This document shows positions 1 to 10,649 of a stretch of 64,000 bases of DNA, piece by piece. Below the pieces are notes generated by a model that was given only the letters and a program-made list of their open reading frames with translations, made no database searches and had not been told where the DNA came from. Every line of letters starts with the position of its first letter. The stretch's first letter is position 1. The stretch lies in the NCBI GenBank assembly GCA_047495785.1, contig JBLDXI010000032.1:62001-126000 (forward strand), given 5' to 3'. Origin of the DNA: Lepidodermella squamata. Lineage: Eukaryota; Animalia; Gastrotricha. The position numbers and the translations under genes were made by a program.

Positions 1-378
1 TGATTGTCTCTCATCAGCCGGTTGTGAGAAAATCTTCAGTGGTTTGATGTCATCCAGACCAACCTTATTGTTGACACTTGGTTGCACAGGAAGATGGGCA
101 AGCAACTTTCGTACATGCTGGTCGTATGTTTTCAACGGCTCAACGACACTTAGACCGGTTAAAAATGGATTAACAACACGGAAAATGTAGTTGTTGTCAA
201 TGAAAGCATAGCAACGGTCAAATGCGAACTCGACGTAGCCACATAGTGGCAGCCCATTCCTTTGCCCCATGATTGTCATTTCTGTCAGACCCAAGGCATC
301 CAAGACAGGTGGGTGAAGCTTAATCATTTTCTTCGGCATTAGATGAGCCGCATGAACATAAGACTTCACATAGCTATG
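1..378 (-). CDS. HNH endonuclease-like ORF fragment (HNH_2-type), runs off the window edge; possibly a pseudogene
   Basis: Hand translation of the minus strand gives YVKSYVHAAHLMPKK...GQRNGLPLCGYVEFAFDRCYAFID..., open to base 1. This matches the AAH(I/L)xP...NGL(L/P)LC...AFD pattern of HNH_2 nucleases. An in-frame TAG lies immediately upstream (possible acceptor or lesion). Confidence 0.55.
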
Positions 379-559
379 CTAGTTTCGAAATATAATATCT
401 TAGATTCAGCGTCGTCGGATAACAATCGCGTCATAGCTTCCACTCCTAGCATGTTAGACATGAATGGCGGCTTGTCCGTCAAAAAGAATGGATTGGATTG
501 GAACAACTTCAATTTTCTATGATGGAAAAGCTCTTAGCGCTGTTTGGTGATGGGTGATG

Positions 560-1110
560 GGGCCCTATCCCAAGTCCGATTTCGGCCAGTTCGCTTTTTA
601 GCCGGCCTGTGTGCGGTTGGATAACGGCGCTTTGCCACTCCGCGCTCGGGTTTCCCTAGAACATGCCTGTATGCGACACTGTAAATTCAACGAATTTTAC
701 CAAATCTCGGCTCGCACACGTGCCAGCCGAGGTGTCGGCTCGAGTGCGGCAGAAAACGTTGGGTTCTCGCTTCTCGCCGTACTTGGGCTGTCCTAGTGTG
801 GAACCCCTGAATCTGGCCATAGTGTGGAACTGATCATCGCTCTTTTCGCTCGAGTATCATGCCGATGCCCGAGCTCGGCGGAGCTAGAAGTGCACATAAA
901 TACACTTTTACCTACCTATTGTTCACTCCGCCGCACTCGGGTTGACATCTGCCCTTGCCTGTATCCCCTCTGTCCACTATTGCGGTATTTGTTTGAATTC
1001 ATTCCATTAAGCGCAATCCGAGATCCAGGCAGACCCGCTTCCCAGTCGGGCTCGATACCGGAGCGCGAACGGCCAGGACTTCGTCGCGCTGCGTTTGAAA
1101 GGGGCCATCC
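560..1110. repeat. GC-rich dispersed repeat / degenerate foldback element, related to 6905-7340
   Basis: Shares CCACTCCGCGCTCGGG, TGCC(T/C)GTATGCGAC and CCGGAGCGCG with 6905-7340. Boundaries are approximate. Confidence 0.45.
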
Positions 1111-1119
1111 GTTCAATAA

Positions 1120-2800
1120 AAATGGCGGTTTATTTGCTGATTTTGATGCAAAAATAGAATTTTTGGTAATAGAGAAGCCGCAAACAACTTGTCACTAACG
1201 AATTTTCGTATAAACTTTAGTTGAAAATGTAGATCGTAATAAAATATGCGAATTTACCGGAGGAATTTTGTTTTCACCGTGTAAAACTCATACTGTAACT
1301 GAAAATGTGCCTGAAACAACGCGAATTTTGTTGCTGCTACCGCATGGCTTTCTCTCGGAGAAATGCGTATAATTTGCGGTGACCGTGCGGTTTTGGTACA
1401 TTTTTGTAGAAAAAAATGCGCTCGCAAAAAAAATCGATAACGCGCAGCAGCAGTACATTTTTATCAGACTTGGGGAAACTCCCGGGTGGGGCGATTCAAA
1501 ATTCTTCGATTCTGATTCCGTTTTTTAGAAGTAGATTCTTGACTCCTGAGTCTAAAACTCGATTCCGACTCTAGCCTATACGATTCTGACTCCCGATTCT
1601 GAAAAAATTCTCGGTTTTATCGTAACGCGCGCCTGAATATTGAAAACTAAACCCAACACATCTTTACATGCTATTTAGCAAAATTTTGAACTCATTTATA
1701 ATTGATTATGCAAATAATTAATTATAAAGTTCAAAATGTTGCTACGGAGATTGCTACGGGGATGCATCGATAAAGTATTCCTATTTTCAATTTGGCCTTC
1801 AATTAGGCAACGAAGTTATTGAGCCTTGAGCCTATATTTTCATCTTGAAAATAATTAACTCTTCAAAAAATGAAAAAACATAAAAGCACTGTCCAGCTGG
1901 TGTCTTGTGTCTTGTGTCCCACCCTGGATTGTAAGGAGGGAGAAACTGCCAATGTACACACAGCTGTAGTCAGTGGACTTTATTATCGACATTGAAAATT
2001 GAATTGAGGTGTATTCAGAAAACTTAAAGCAAATTAAATTTGTCGGTAGTAATTCAAAGAGTCGTTCTATCCTGAGAAGAGACTGGCCAGCCGAATTACT
2101 TAGCATATTCAGAATCCCACTGGAGCTGTTGTTACCTTCATTACATGGGAATAAGAAAATGCGAGCCAGGGGCCAGCTTAGCACCACGTGAACACTTGCT
2201 TGTGTAATCAACGCGCTCACTGCTGACTTGCGCGCGCTAATAACTGTAAGCTAATATTGGATACGGAACCAAACGGCGCGCGTATGTTATTGTAGCTGCA
2301 ACGTGATTGGTTGAAAATCACGTGAACACTGCTTAAAAATTATAACTGAGACGCTATTGGCTGGAACTTGAATGTTAACTAGTTTACCTGGTCAAATTGT
2401 GCACCTAAAATTGTAGTCGTCACGCTATTGGTCTGCGCTGACTTGACGCACGCATTTAAAATTGAGATCGCAATGTTATTGGCTGAACGTTTCACGGTTG
2501 CACGGCGATACGAACAGTCACGTGTGTCAATAACGTTTAGCGTAACGCTATTGGTTGAAAATCTGATAGGCGAAGTCGAACACAGCGCGCGTTAATGCCA
2601 GTTTTAGGAATCGCGATTCTTTGTGTCGGCTCGATTCTCGACGATGCCGATTCCGGTTCTGACTCTTAAAAAACGATTCACGAAAATGTCGATTCAAAAC
2701 TCCCTAAAGAATCGGAGTCAGAACCGGGAATCGCAATTCTCTAGAGTCGAATCCCCAAGTCTGATTTTTATAGGAGTTCGGTTTTTTATGAAACACCCTG
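1120..2800. mobile_element. Truncated Tc1/mariner-like element (one end visible) hosting a nested hAT element
   Basis: Right end TTTTTATGAAACACCCTG|TA (to 2800) is a CAGGGTG-type terminus next to TA. No matching left end was found, so the left boundary is a guess. Confidence 0.4.
1465..2763. mobile_element. Non-autonomous hAT-type DNA transposon
   Basis: 12-bp TIRs CAGACTTGGGGA (1465) / TCCCCAAGTCTG (2763). Perfect 8-bp TSD ATTTTTAT (1457-1464 and 2764-2771). GATTC/GACTC-rich subterminal repeats at both ends. Confidence 0.9.
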
Positions 2801-3110
2801 TATAGCGGCTTTCAGCAGGGAGTTGATTTTAGCATGATGACGGTCCGATGCATCTTTCACGTACTCAGCCAGGCCGCCAGGAACGCGCGAGATGCCGTTG
2901 ACCAATGCAGTGCTCGCACCCTCACCGATTCCGATGGCGAAAACGCGTGAAGTTGCCGTGTTTTTCTGCGTTAGATCAATGACTTCTTGCGTGTTTCAAA
3001 CCTCGCCATCTGTCAAAACAATGATGAATTGCCGAGCGCCCGGAGCCGTCGGCTTTGGTTTGCCGTAAATGTATTCGAGGGTTCAAGAATTTCTGTACCA
3101 CCAAAAGCTT
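2801..3110 (-). pseudogene. VWA5A/BCSC-1-like von Willebrand A domain fragment
   Basis: Hand translation: AFGGTEILEP/(frameshift)LEYIYG...FIIVLTDGEV*NTQEVIDL...RVFAIGIGEGASTALVNGISRVPGGLAEYV. These are typical VWA5A motifs, with one frameshift and one stop. Confidence 0.8.
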
Positions 3111-3230
3111 TCAGTTCATTGGAATGTCTTGCAAACCGAAGAGCAAATTCAACGGCCAGTATCCAACGATGCTTGGCAAGGCCACTTTATTTAAGGCGAA
3201 TTGAACGCCAAAATCCTGCCAAAAATTTTC
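3111..3230 (-). pseudogene. 5' fragment of a LamG-EGF family gene
   Basis: QDFGVQFALNKVALPSIVGYWPLNLLFGLQDI is paralogous to QDYGTQFALNQLNFSNIIGYWPLNSLFGLKDI (21.8 kb). Confidence 0.8.
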
Positions 3231-3649
3231 TGGTTGCCTCGAGCGCATTCCAATTCGATATTCAGTTCGAAGTTTTTTCCAGCGGCGTATATTTTTTCGC
3301 TCCACTGTGCCGTTCGGTGGAAAGTTGACATTTGTGCGTTTTTATTGTAGTTTCTATTTCATGCGGCGAAATATTATCCAGAGCTGGAAAACCCGCAGGG
3401 TTTCCTATATACGCACCGATTTTGTAATTTCCTACAAAACTACCATTTCCTCCAATTGTTGACTGCGTTCTTAGCCAAAATTGCCAACTTTTCTCAAAAT
3501 TTCCTACGCACCTACGCACTCATTTCTGGATGTTTTCCAGCTCTGATATTATCAGCAAGAATTATTTTTTCTCACCGAGCAACATCATCAATATTTTCAC
3601 CGCTATATTATAGGTGTGATTTAGAGAAAAATGCAAACGATTAAATGTT

Positions 3650-4831
3650 TCAGTTACTACTTTTGGCCGAGACATACATAGCATATGTTTGAAGACCTAG
3701 CATCCACACTAGGAACACGAAAAAAGCTCCCGTATCGATAAATCGGCAAAAACTAATGTACTTGGGCTGACCATGACGTTTGTAAACCAGAATTTTCCGA
3801 CGAGCCTCATCGCCAAAGAAATCAATAACGCCAGCCATAATAACAGAGTAAATCGAAACAAAAAGCGCCAATACGATCTCATTCATAATGTAATTCGTCA
3901 TGAAGACACTTTGCGACGTATGTGGGGTTATTTCCAGAACTTGGTCGTGTTGCATAACGAACGCTAGTAGTATAGTCACGGCATATTGCGCTCGTTTTGT
4001 AGAATCCGGCGGGATGAGTGAGGCTATACTGATCAGCGATGACAGTATCGCGTTCATTAACATAATGCTAGAGATGTAGTACCAAGGCAATCTCTTCATT
4101 TTAATGTGAAAGGTGACTTCATCATAGCTGTAAGGCCCGAAAAAGTCGCGTTTCGTTTTTGTCTCGAAGCCTTTGAAATCCCAACTCGACGACGTTGGAA
4201 AAACTGCGCCTCCCAGTTGCATAATCTGACTTTCGTTGCTGATTTCGAGAAATTTCGATAGAACGAATGAAGTAATCGTGATCGGGCATGACTGCGAATC
4301 GAACGGGAATTCGGATAGGTCGAGTTCGCAGCTTGTTAGCAGATCACCGACTATCATATATTCAAACAGTCCAGTCTCAGGTTGAAGCATCATGATCCTT
4401 GTAGTCTTCTCAGTCATTCCCATGCTTAGAAGTGAGTTGCGATTGACGAGTTGCGGCTTCCAATGCTGCGTTTCATTAAGCATTATCGTTACACCGTTTG
4501 TGCTATAGTTCAATTCCCGAGCGATTTGACGCACGCAGGGCACAAAGTAATGCATTGACACAGCTGCTGTGATGCTCATAGCTCCTTTCACATCGTCAAT
4601 ATTTTGAAATCGGTCGACTGTGACGTAGACCTTGACTTGGGTCGCAACTTGCTCGTCCTCTTGCGGGCTCATGGCCTCGGTTGACAAGAGACACCTGGCG
4701 CGAATTTCGCGGCGAAATATTGTTGAAATTGGTGGGTTGATTTCCTGATCATCCGGGCTGTTACACTCACATTCTTGCCCGAAGCAAGATCCGAGAATAG
4801 CGGTCAAAAACGGAATAGATAAAATTCGCAT
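3650..4831 (-). CDS. Divergent Cys-loop ligand-gated ion channel subunit (nAChR-like superfamily), intronless
   Basis: 393 aa with signal peptide, WKP, Cys-loop CELDLSEFPFDSQSC, pre-M1 KRLPWYY and four hydrophobic segments (M2 RAQYAVTILLAF). Confidence 0.92.
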   Translation of the reverse strand: MRILSIPFLTAILGSCFGQECECNSPDDQEINPPISTIFRREIRARCLLSTEAMSPQEDEQVATQVKVYVTVDRFQNIDDVKGAMSITAAVSMHYFVPCVRQIARELNYSTNGVTIMLNETQHWKPQLVNRNSLLSMGMTEKTTRIMMLQPETGLFEYMIVGDLLTSCELDLSEFPFDSQSCPITITSFVLSKFLEISNESQIMQLGGAVFPTSSSWDFKGFETKTKRDFFGPYSYDEVTFHIKMKRLPWYYISSIMLMNAILSSLISIASLIPPDSTKRAQYAVTILLAFVMQHDQVLEITPHTSQSVFMTNYIMNEIVLALFVSIYSVIMAGVIDFFGDEARRKILVYKRHGQPKYISFCRFIDTGAFFVFLVWMLGLQTYAMYVSAKSSN

Positions 4832-5249
4832 TGAAAATTGAAAGTAAAATAGTAACGTCGCTGAAATAATCTGTAATAACGCATGCGTTACGATCGATGA
4901 AAGCCGGAGTGGGCTTTATTTGAAAAATGTTAAATTATTTATTTCAATTGCAATTCGGCTCTCAGGTTATGCTAAAGCCGCGATTTTTCAAATGATTCAC
5001 TATTTGTGCACCCGTAATTTCATGACATGTGTACTGCTCGAGTTGGCCTCTATTGTACAGCAATCGATAACGCAATCGGCCTCACATTCAGACAAAAGTA
5101 ATCGGCTTAACGTGAAAGGTTTTCATTAGGGCGTTGCAACAAGGAGACAAAAGCACAGCAATCGACCATTGAAAAACAGAATTATAGACCCTAGAACTTG
5201 ATTAGAGAAAACATTGCAATAAGTAGTTTGATAGTGCGTGATCGGAAAT

Positions 5250-8200
5250 TCAGATGGCGCAACCCGGGTCGCTGCAAGCTGAAAAATTCAAGGTGATAAT
5301 CTGCAAGCGTAGAAAAAAGCCTGATGTATTCTAACTTACTCTGGGTTCCTGAAGCAAGAAAACGATTAGAGAAAGTTCTGAAGAATAAAACCAGATAAAT
5401 TACTTGTCAAACAGTCAGCTCCAGTCCAGCCAGCATTGCAGACACATTGGTTTGGCGCAACACATGTACCTCGAAGGTAGCAACCCGCCGAACAGGCCGC
5501 TAATAACGAAAGTTGCTATCAAAATCCACACTGATCAAAGAAGTAAACGTACGAGTAGCACAATCCGGAGCCATCCAAGATGCTGTGCAGGAACAGCGGT
5601 TAGGTCTGATGCACGTTCCAACATTTGGGCAACCAGATGGACAGATAGCTACAAAGTGGAAAGTGTTAACTGTGGGCTGTAAATGGGCTGAGCATCGCTT
5701 ACGGGTATCGCACAACACCCCTGTCCAGCCTGGAGAACAGGTGCAGTTCGGTGCAGTCGGCGCCAAGCATCTACCTCCAGTGCCGCATCCTGGGTTGCAT
5801 ACAGCTGTAAAATACGATTGCTGCGAAAAGTTTCTCAATCCTTAATTCTTTACGGATAGTACAATCCCAGCCTCCCCAACCAGTCTGACACGTGCAGCGA
5901 AACCCTCCAACGTTGGTCAGATCTCCGACGCAAGTGCCAGCCTGGCAGTTGGCTGGGCACGTTATCTCTATCGTGATGCTTATTTGAAGGAATACAGATA
6001 TGTTTAAAGTATTGCTTATTACGGTTAATCAATTTGCACTGATCCTTGAGAGTTGAAATCTGGCTCGGGGTTAGGACAGCGGTGTGAATTGACAAACAGG
6101 CGTATTTATTGTTATAAATTCCACTTAATGCATTTGCGGACTTGTTCCTTTAGATGTACAAAAATGATAAGTAGGTCAGTAGGAAGCTTAGGTTGACAAG
6201 TTTGACTCGCCTCATTCCGAGAAATAGATTGCGACAAGTGGGCACATATTGGGTCGTCAAAGGAATACTGTATTGATCATCGCATATTGTTACCAATTGT
6301 GAAGCACTTGGATTGCGGATCATTGCGTAGAATCGCCAGCCCGTGAGATTAGTAGTGATTTGTGTTACGGGGCCATTGTAATTAGAGATGCCTATCGATT
6401 CGTTAATTTGCAAGTTGTATGGATCAGCTCGGCTTACACGCCATATCGAAGCTAATACGTTCGTCTCGTTAGCGTACTCGAAAACAGGTCCTCTCTGGGG
6501 CAAATTCGCGAACACTGAAATGGTAAAAGGAGTCGACGGAGATAGATCGAGAGCGTCCGCAGTTATGCTTATGAAATTGCTAGCATTGCCGGTCTCCACC
6601 GCAGTGTCCGGCTGACCAAATGGCCCAACTGCATTGGGGCAGGGAGTAGGCTGATAGGCTGCGTCAATCCTATTGCCAGATATGTCTCTATTTCGAAACA
6701 AACCATTTAACGGCCAGTACCCAAGTAGATTAGGAAGGCTCGCTTGGTTATTGATGAACGCATACAAATGATCTCGGCCAGTGGATTGCTCTGAAAAGTT
6801 ATTGAACCAAGGTCAGAAAGCATAAATGAATACCAATATAATATTATTTTCTTCACGTTTTTTCTCGCGGTGGTTTTCCAAATGGTGTTTTGAGACATGC
6901 TGTTGATGCCCGAGCCCAATTACGACCCCTATGCCATCAGGTAACAGCACTTCACCACTCCGCGCTCGGGCCGGTCTAAACGTGCCCGTATGCGACGTTA
7001 ACCACAAGTTTAACCACGAATTTCAACGAATTTCAACAAGGGGAACCAGGAGTGTTTGCCGTACTCGGACTGCCGGCTGGGGCCGGTGCTTGATATAGTC
7101 ATCGGGTAGGGCGTTAGTTGCAGGATGCCCCCAGCCCGGCGACCCGATTCCAGCGACCTCAATTCGGCTCTGAATAATAGCACTGGTACCCATTCGGTAG
7201 TCCGTTTGCGATTATTCTTTCGAATTTGTTAAATTTACAGTAAACGTCGCATACGGGCATGTTTTAAAGCAGCGAATAAATGTTACCCGTCTGCGTACGG
7301 GCCGGCCGGAGCGCGTACGGATAGAATTCAAACTCGGGCCACAACAAATACTAAGAGAAAATGTGCGAGATTTTATCCGCCTGCGCTTTCATTTCATATC
7401 ATTTTCAGAAAAAGTTATATCCTTCAAGTGTATTCCTACGTTGAACGCGGAAAATGCTTCAAGATTAACTCACAATTGACTGAATAATTATCGTTCTCGA
7501 GACAATGACAACTAACATTTGAGAGATGCCCCGAACCTCATCCCAAACTTGACACTTCATTAAATGTTCGACGACGAGAATCTACATAAAATATATCTCA
7601 CGTGTATTGCATGAAGCACCAGTCCAACTGTTAAAACAAGTGCAGGTGTTAGGAGCTGTGCATCGACCACCAACGCCGCAATCAGGGTCACACGTAGCTA
7701 GTTGAGGATGGAAAGGTAATCATACTCGTCAGGAGTTGAAAGGGAACCTACGAATGCTGCAGTCCCAATTTGTCCAGCCGGATTGGCAAGTGCAACGGTA
7801 ACCCCCCGTTGTGGTAATATCGCCAACGCATGTTCCATATTGACAATTAGACGCACATGTAATTTCTGCAATTAATAATTATTCATCATCCAAGGGATTG
7901 ATGTTTGATTCCGTAATTTACGATTTATCATTTGGCACTGACTGCGAAGGAGAGCGAGTTGCGCTGCATTGAACGCTGTTTTATGAATTGAAAAGCAGGC
8001 GTATTTGTTGTTGTAAGGCCCAGACAACGCGTTATTGGGACTCGGAAGATTCCTGATAATGGAAAGGTTGGGGTATCATGGAACTCGTCTAATAGCCGGA
8101 TGAACCGACCTTGCTCCCAGGTAAAGGTATTTATAGGTATCGAAAGACGAAACGGTAAGAGGCGAACTGATTTGGTCGTCGCATGCTGTTGTCATTTTCG

Positions 8201-8477
8201 AAGTGCTAGCGTCGAAAATTTGGGCAACAAAGCGCCAGCCGGACATGTCGCAGTTCTGAATGATTTGTGCACCTTGTCCTGGGCCGGCGTAGATCGCATT
8301 TGGTTGCATGATTTTAGTGTCGGCTACAAGCCTCCAGAGAAGAGCGTAATTGTTCGTCGCGTTTTGGAATTCGAAGATCGGGCCTCTTTTCGAGGTGTAG
8401 ACATAGACGGCTAAGGTGACCGATGACGAGCCGATACTTAGAGCATCCGACGTTATGTTCAGGTAGTTTCCAGCAAA
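5250..8477 (-). pseudogene. LamG-EGF2-LamG-EGF4 gene copy 1, 5'-deleted (no start codon or signal peptide)
   Basis: Exons parallel copies 2 and 3 and end ...TCSDPGCAI*. At ~8477 the LamG1 exon joins directly to sequence homologous to ~17635 onward, about 400 bp upstream in copy 2. Confidence 0.75.
6905..7340. mobile_element. Degenerate foldback/MITE in an intron of LamG-EGF copy 1
   Basis: Inverted 17-mer TGCCCGTATGCGACGTT (6983-6999) / AACGTCGCATACGGGCA (7243-7259) plus shorter inverted blocks. Related to 560-1110. Confidence 0.55.
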
Positions 8478-9024
8478 TTTTCGTCTAAACCTATATTGCA
8501 AATATCGCACCAACAGGCGAGCGTGACTGCAGCTGCAACAGCGAATGCGCAAAGAATGGTTTTCACGGAACTAGCTCATCTATTAATTAATGAGCCGCGG
8601 TCTGCAACAAAATGACGCTGCAAATTTATTTATCAATCATTCTCACGAAACGTGTTCGAACCAGGGTAATCGGTAGTAAAGCCAGGGCCATGCACCAGCC
8701 AATAGTGTTTCAAACTGAACTACCCAGTTCGATGTACTCGTTCCGCCACAAGCCTAGAGAAGAAGAGCCTTGCAGAGTGAAAATGGCAGCCGATGATCGG
8801 CAACCCGAAATCGTCAATTGTGCCCGTCTCAAGCTTCTTCCGGAGCTGTCTTACTGCCTGCGATGCCTCCAACCGTCTGCAGTCTGCACCGTCTTTTGTT
8901 CCTATCGTCTACCCGCCTTCCGTCGTAGGCCCGGCTGTCTCGTTTGCCACCCCTTACTTGTTATTTTCTGCATACCATAGCTGTCGAAGCAGAATAAATC
9001 GCCATCACTGTTTCGTAGTCATTA

Positions 9025-9184
9025 GCGTCGTTGAATAACTTGGGCTTGTTTACGTCAGCTACAATGTGACGGGTGACAAGTAAAGAGTCATTTTTTCCGC
9101 TATTCATTCACGCAAACTCTGGTCTTACTTTTCACATTGTAGCAGATGCAAACAAGCGCAAATCCGAGTTATTCAACACGAAGC
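9025..9184. mobile_element. MITE (Harbinger-like), same family as 53523-53703
   Basis: Inverted ends GCGTCGTTGAATAACT...AGTTATTCAACACGAAGC flanked by TTA/TAA. Internal GGTGACAAGTAAA is shared with the second copy. Confidence 0.7.
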
Positions 9185-9819
9185 TAACGCTCCCATTTCT
9201 GTGGCTTGGTAATTTAATTACCGTACTGCTCGAGTATTTTCTTGTACAGTGAAAATCAAAAGTTACGCACGGTCAGGGATTTGTTGAGTTGAAACTAAAA
9301 ATATCTCACACGCGCCCCAACTATTTTTAGCTCCAAGCTTAGGTTAAACTCAGCTAAAAACAAAAAGTGTAACTCGGACACACCAAGAGGTTTTTAATAG
9401 TTTTAAAAATATGAATATTTATAAGGTGCTAATTAATATTCCGGAGCCCTCAAAGTTGATAATTATATCAGAAAAATTATGGAACAATTATTTTTGATTT
9501 GTTATAACCTTACTCTAAGTGCTCAAATTTTTCTGCAATTTTTGGCTCTTAACTAAGAATGTTCTAGTTTCATGACATCTCATGAATATATTCATACTAT
9601 TGAAACTATCCCCATTTCCTTGGAGCTATTTTTGGAGATCGTGAAAAAGGCGTCATTTTGGTCCGTATTGCTGGGAATAAAGAGCCTCATTTCGCATGTG
9701 CGAAAAATTTCAACTAGCATCGCCTCAATTCCACCGTGCGGATCTTTTGACTGTCACTGTATTTTCCCAATGCTGGCTGACACCTAGTATTTATTTACCC
9801 AAAATGGAAAATCACAGTT

Positions 9820-10135
9820 TGGGGTTGATTTCCCCACTAAACTCACTCACATGTATGCCCGAATCAAGTTCCGAGAATAGCGGTCGAATGCGAAATAGGT
9901 AGAAGTCGCATCAAAATTAACAGAAAAATGTCAAAGAAATAATCTGCATTAACGCGCAAGCGCTCCGATTCGATAAAAACCAGTGGGTTATTTGAACAAC
10001 GTTGAATTTGTTCATTTCAATTGCGGCTTCAAGGTTCAATGTCAGCGATTTTTCAAATTTTTTACTATTTGTGCACCGAAATTTGATGTGCACTGCTCGA
10101 GTCGTCCTTCAATGTAAGGCAATCGATAACGCACT
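9820..10135 (-). pseudogene. Decayed duplicate of the 5' end and upstream region of the Cys-loop channel gene
   Basis: MRLLPISHSTAILGT*FGHTCE* (ATG at ~9911) aligns with MRILSIPFLTAILGSCFGQECEC. 9930-10135 is similar to 4860-5075. Confidence 0.75.
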
Positions 10136-10649
10136 GAACATTTATTACGGTGAACGGTCATTTTATGCCAGCCATTCAGATGGTAGCCATTCTACATTCC
10201 ATCGGCGTGGAATGGACGACTCGGACTTCAGCTCGTTTACGTTGAACACGATGGGCCAGCCGCGTTTCATCGGTGTCAAACGGCCGACTTCTTCTGGGTT
10301 TTCCTGGAGCTCAGCCAATAAAGAGTCATACGCCAAGAGAACGCCCAAATAAGGCCGATAAGAGAAAATTGGCCCGTGCGCTCCTTGCGCTCTTGCAACT
10401 CCTTAAGTTCCTGAAATCGCACCTATTTCAAGTTTCAAGATGAATTATGCCAAGAAAACGTAATTTGCTTTCGCTCCTCCCCCATTCACGTAACACCAAT
10501 ATTTTTTTTGTCTCCCATCACCTCAGCCGACGTGAAACGTAAATCAATGACGACAGATTAAATGTTATCTAATAATTATTTTATTTCGAAATTACTTAGG
10601 ATTACAAGGGCAGGCCAATAACATTACGCCGATTAAACCAATAGTTTAG

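Noticed and set aside
1855-2220. ORF inside the hAT element as a transposase dimerisation-domain remnant (WPLARIFLFP...ERLF)
   Set aside because: The resemblance is faint and the motif spacing is wrong; not supportable without a search.
5250-5265. C-terminal CAI/CTI/CAL as CaaX prenylation signals
   Set aside because: The Cys is third from the end, not fourth, and the proteins are secreted.
10163-10420. Coding-like fragment (KRGWPIVF), possibly a pogo/CENP-B HTH relic
   Set aside because: Too short and frameshifted to assign.
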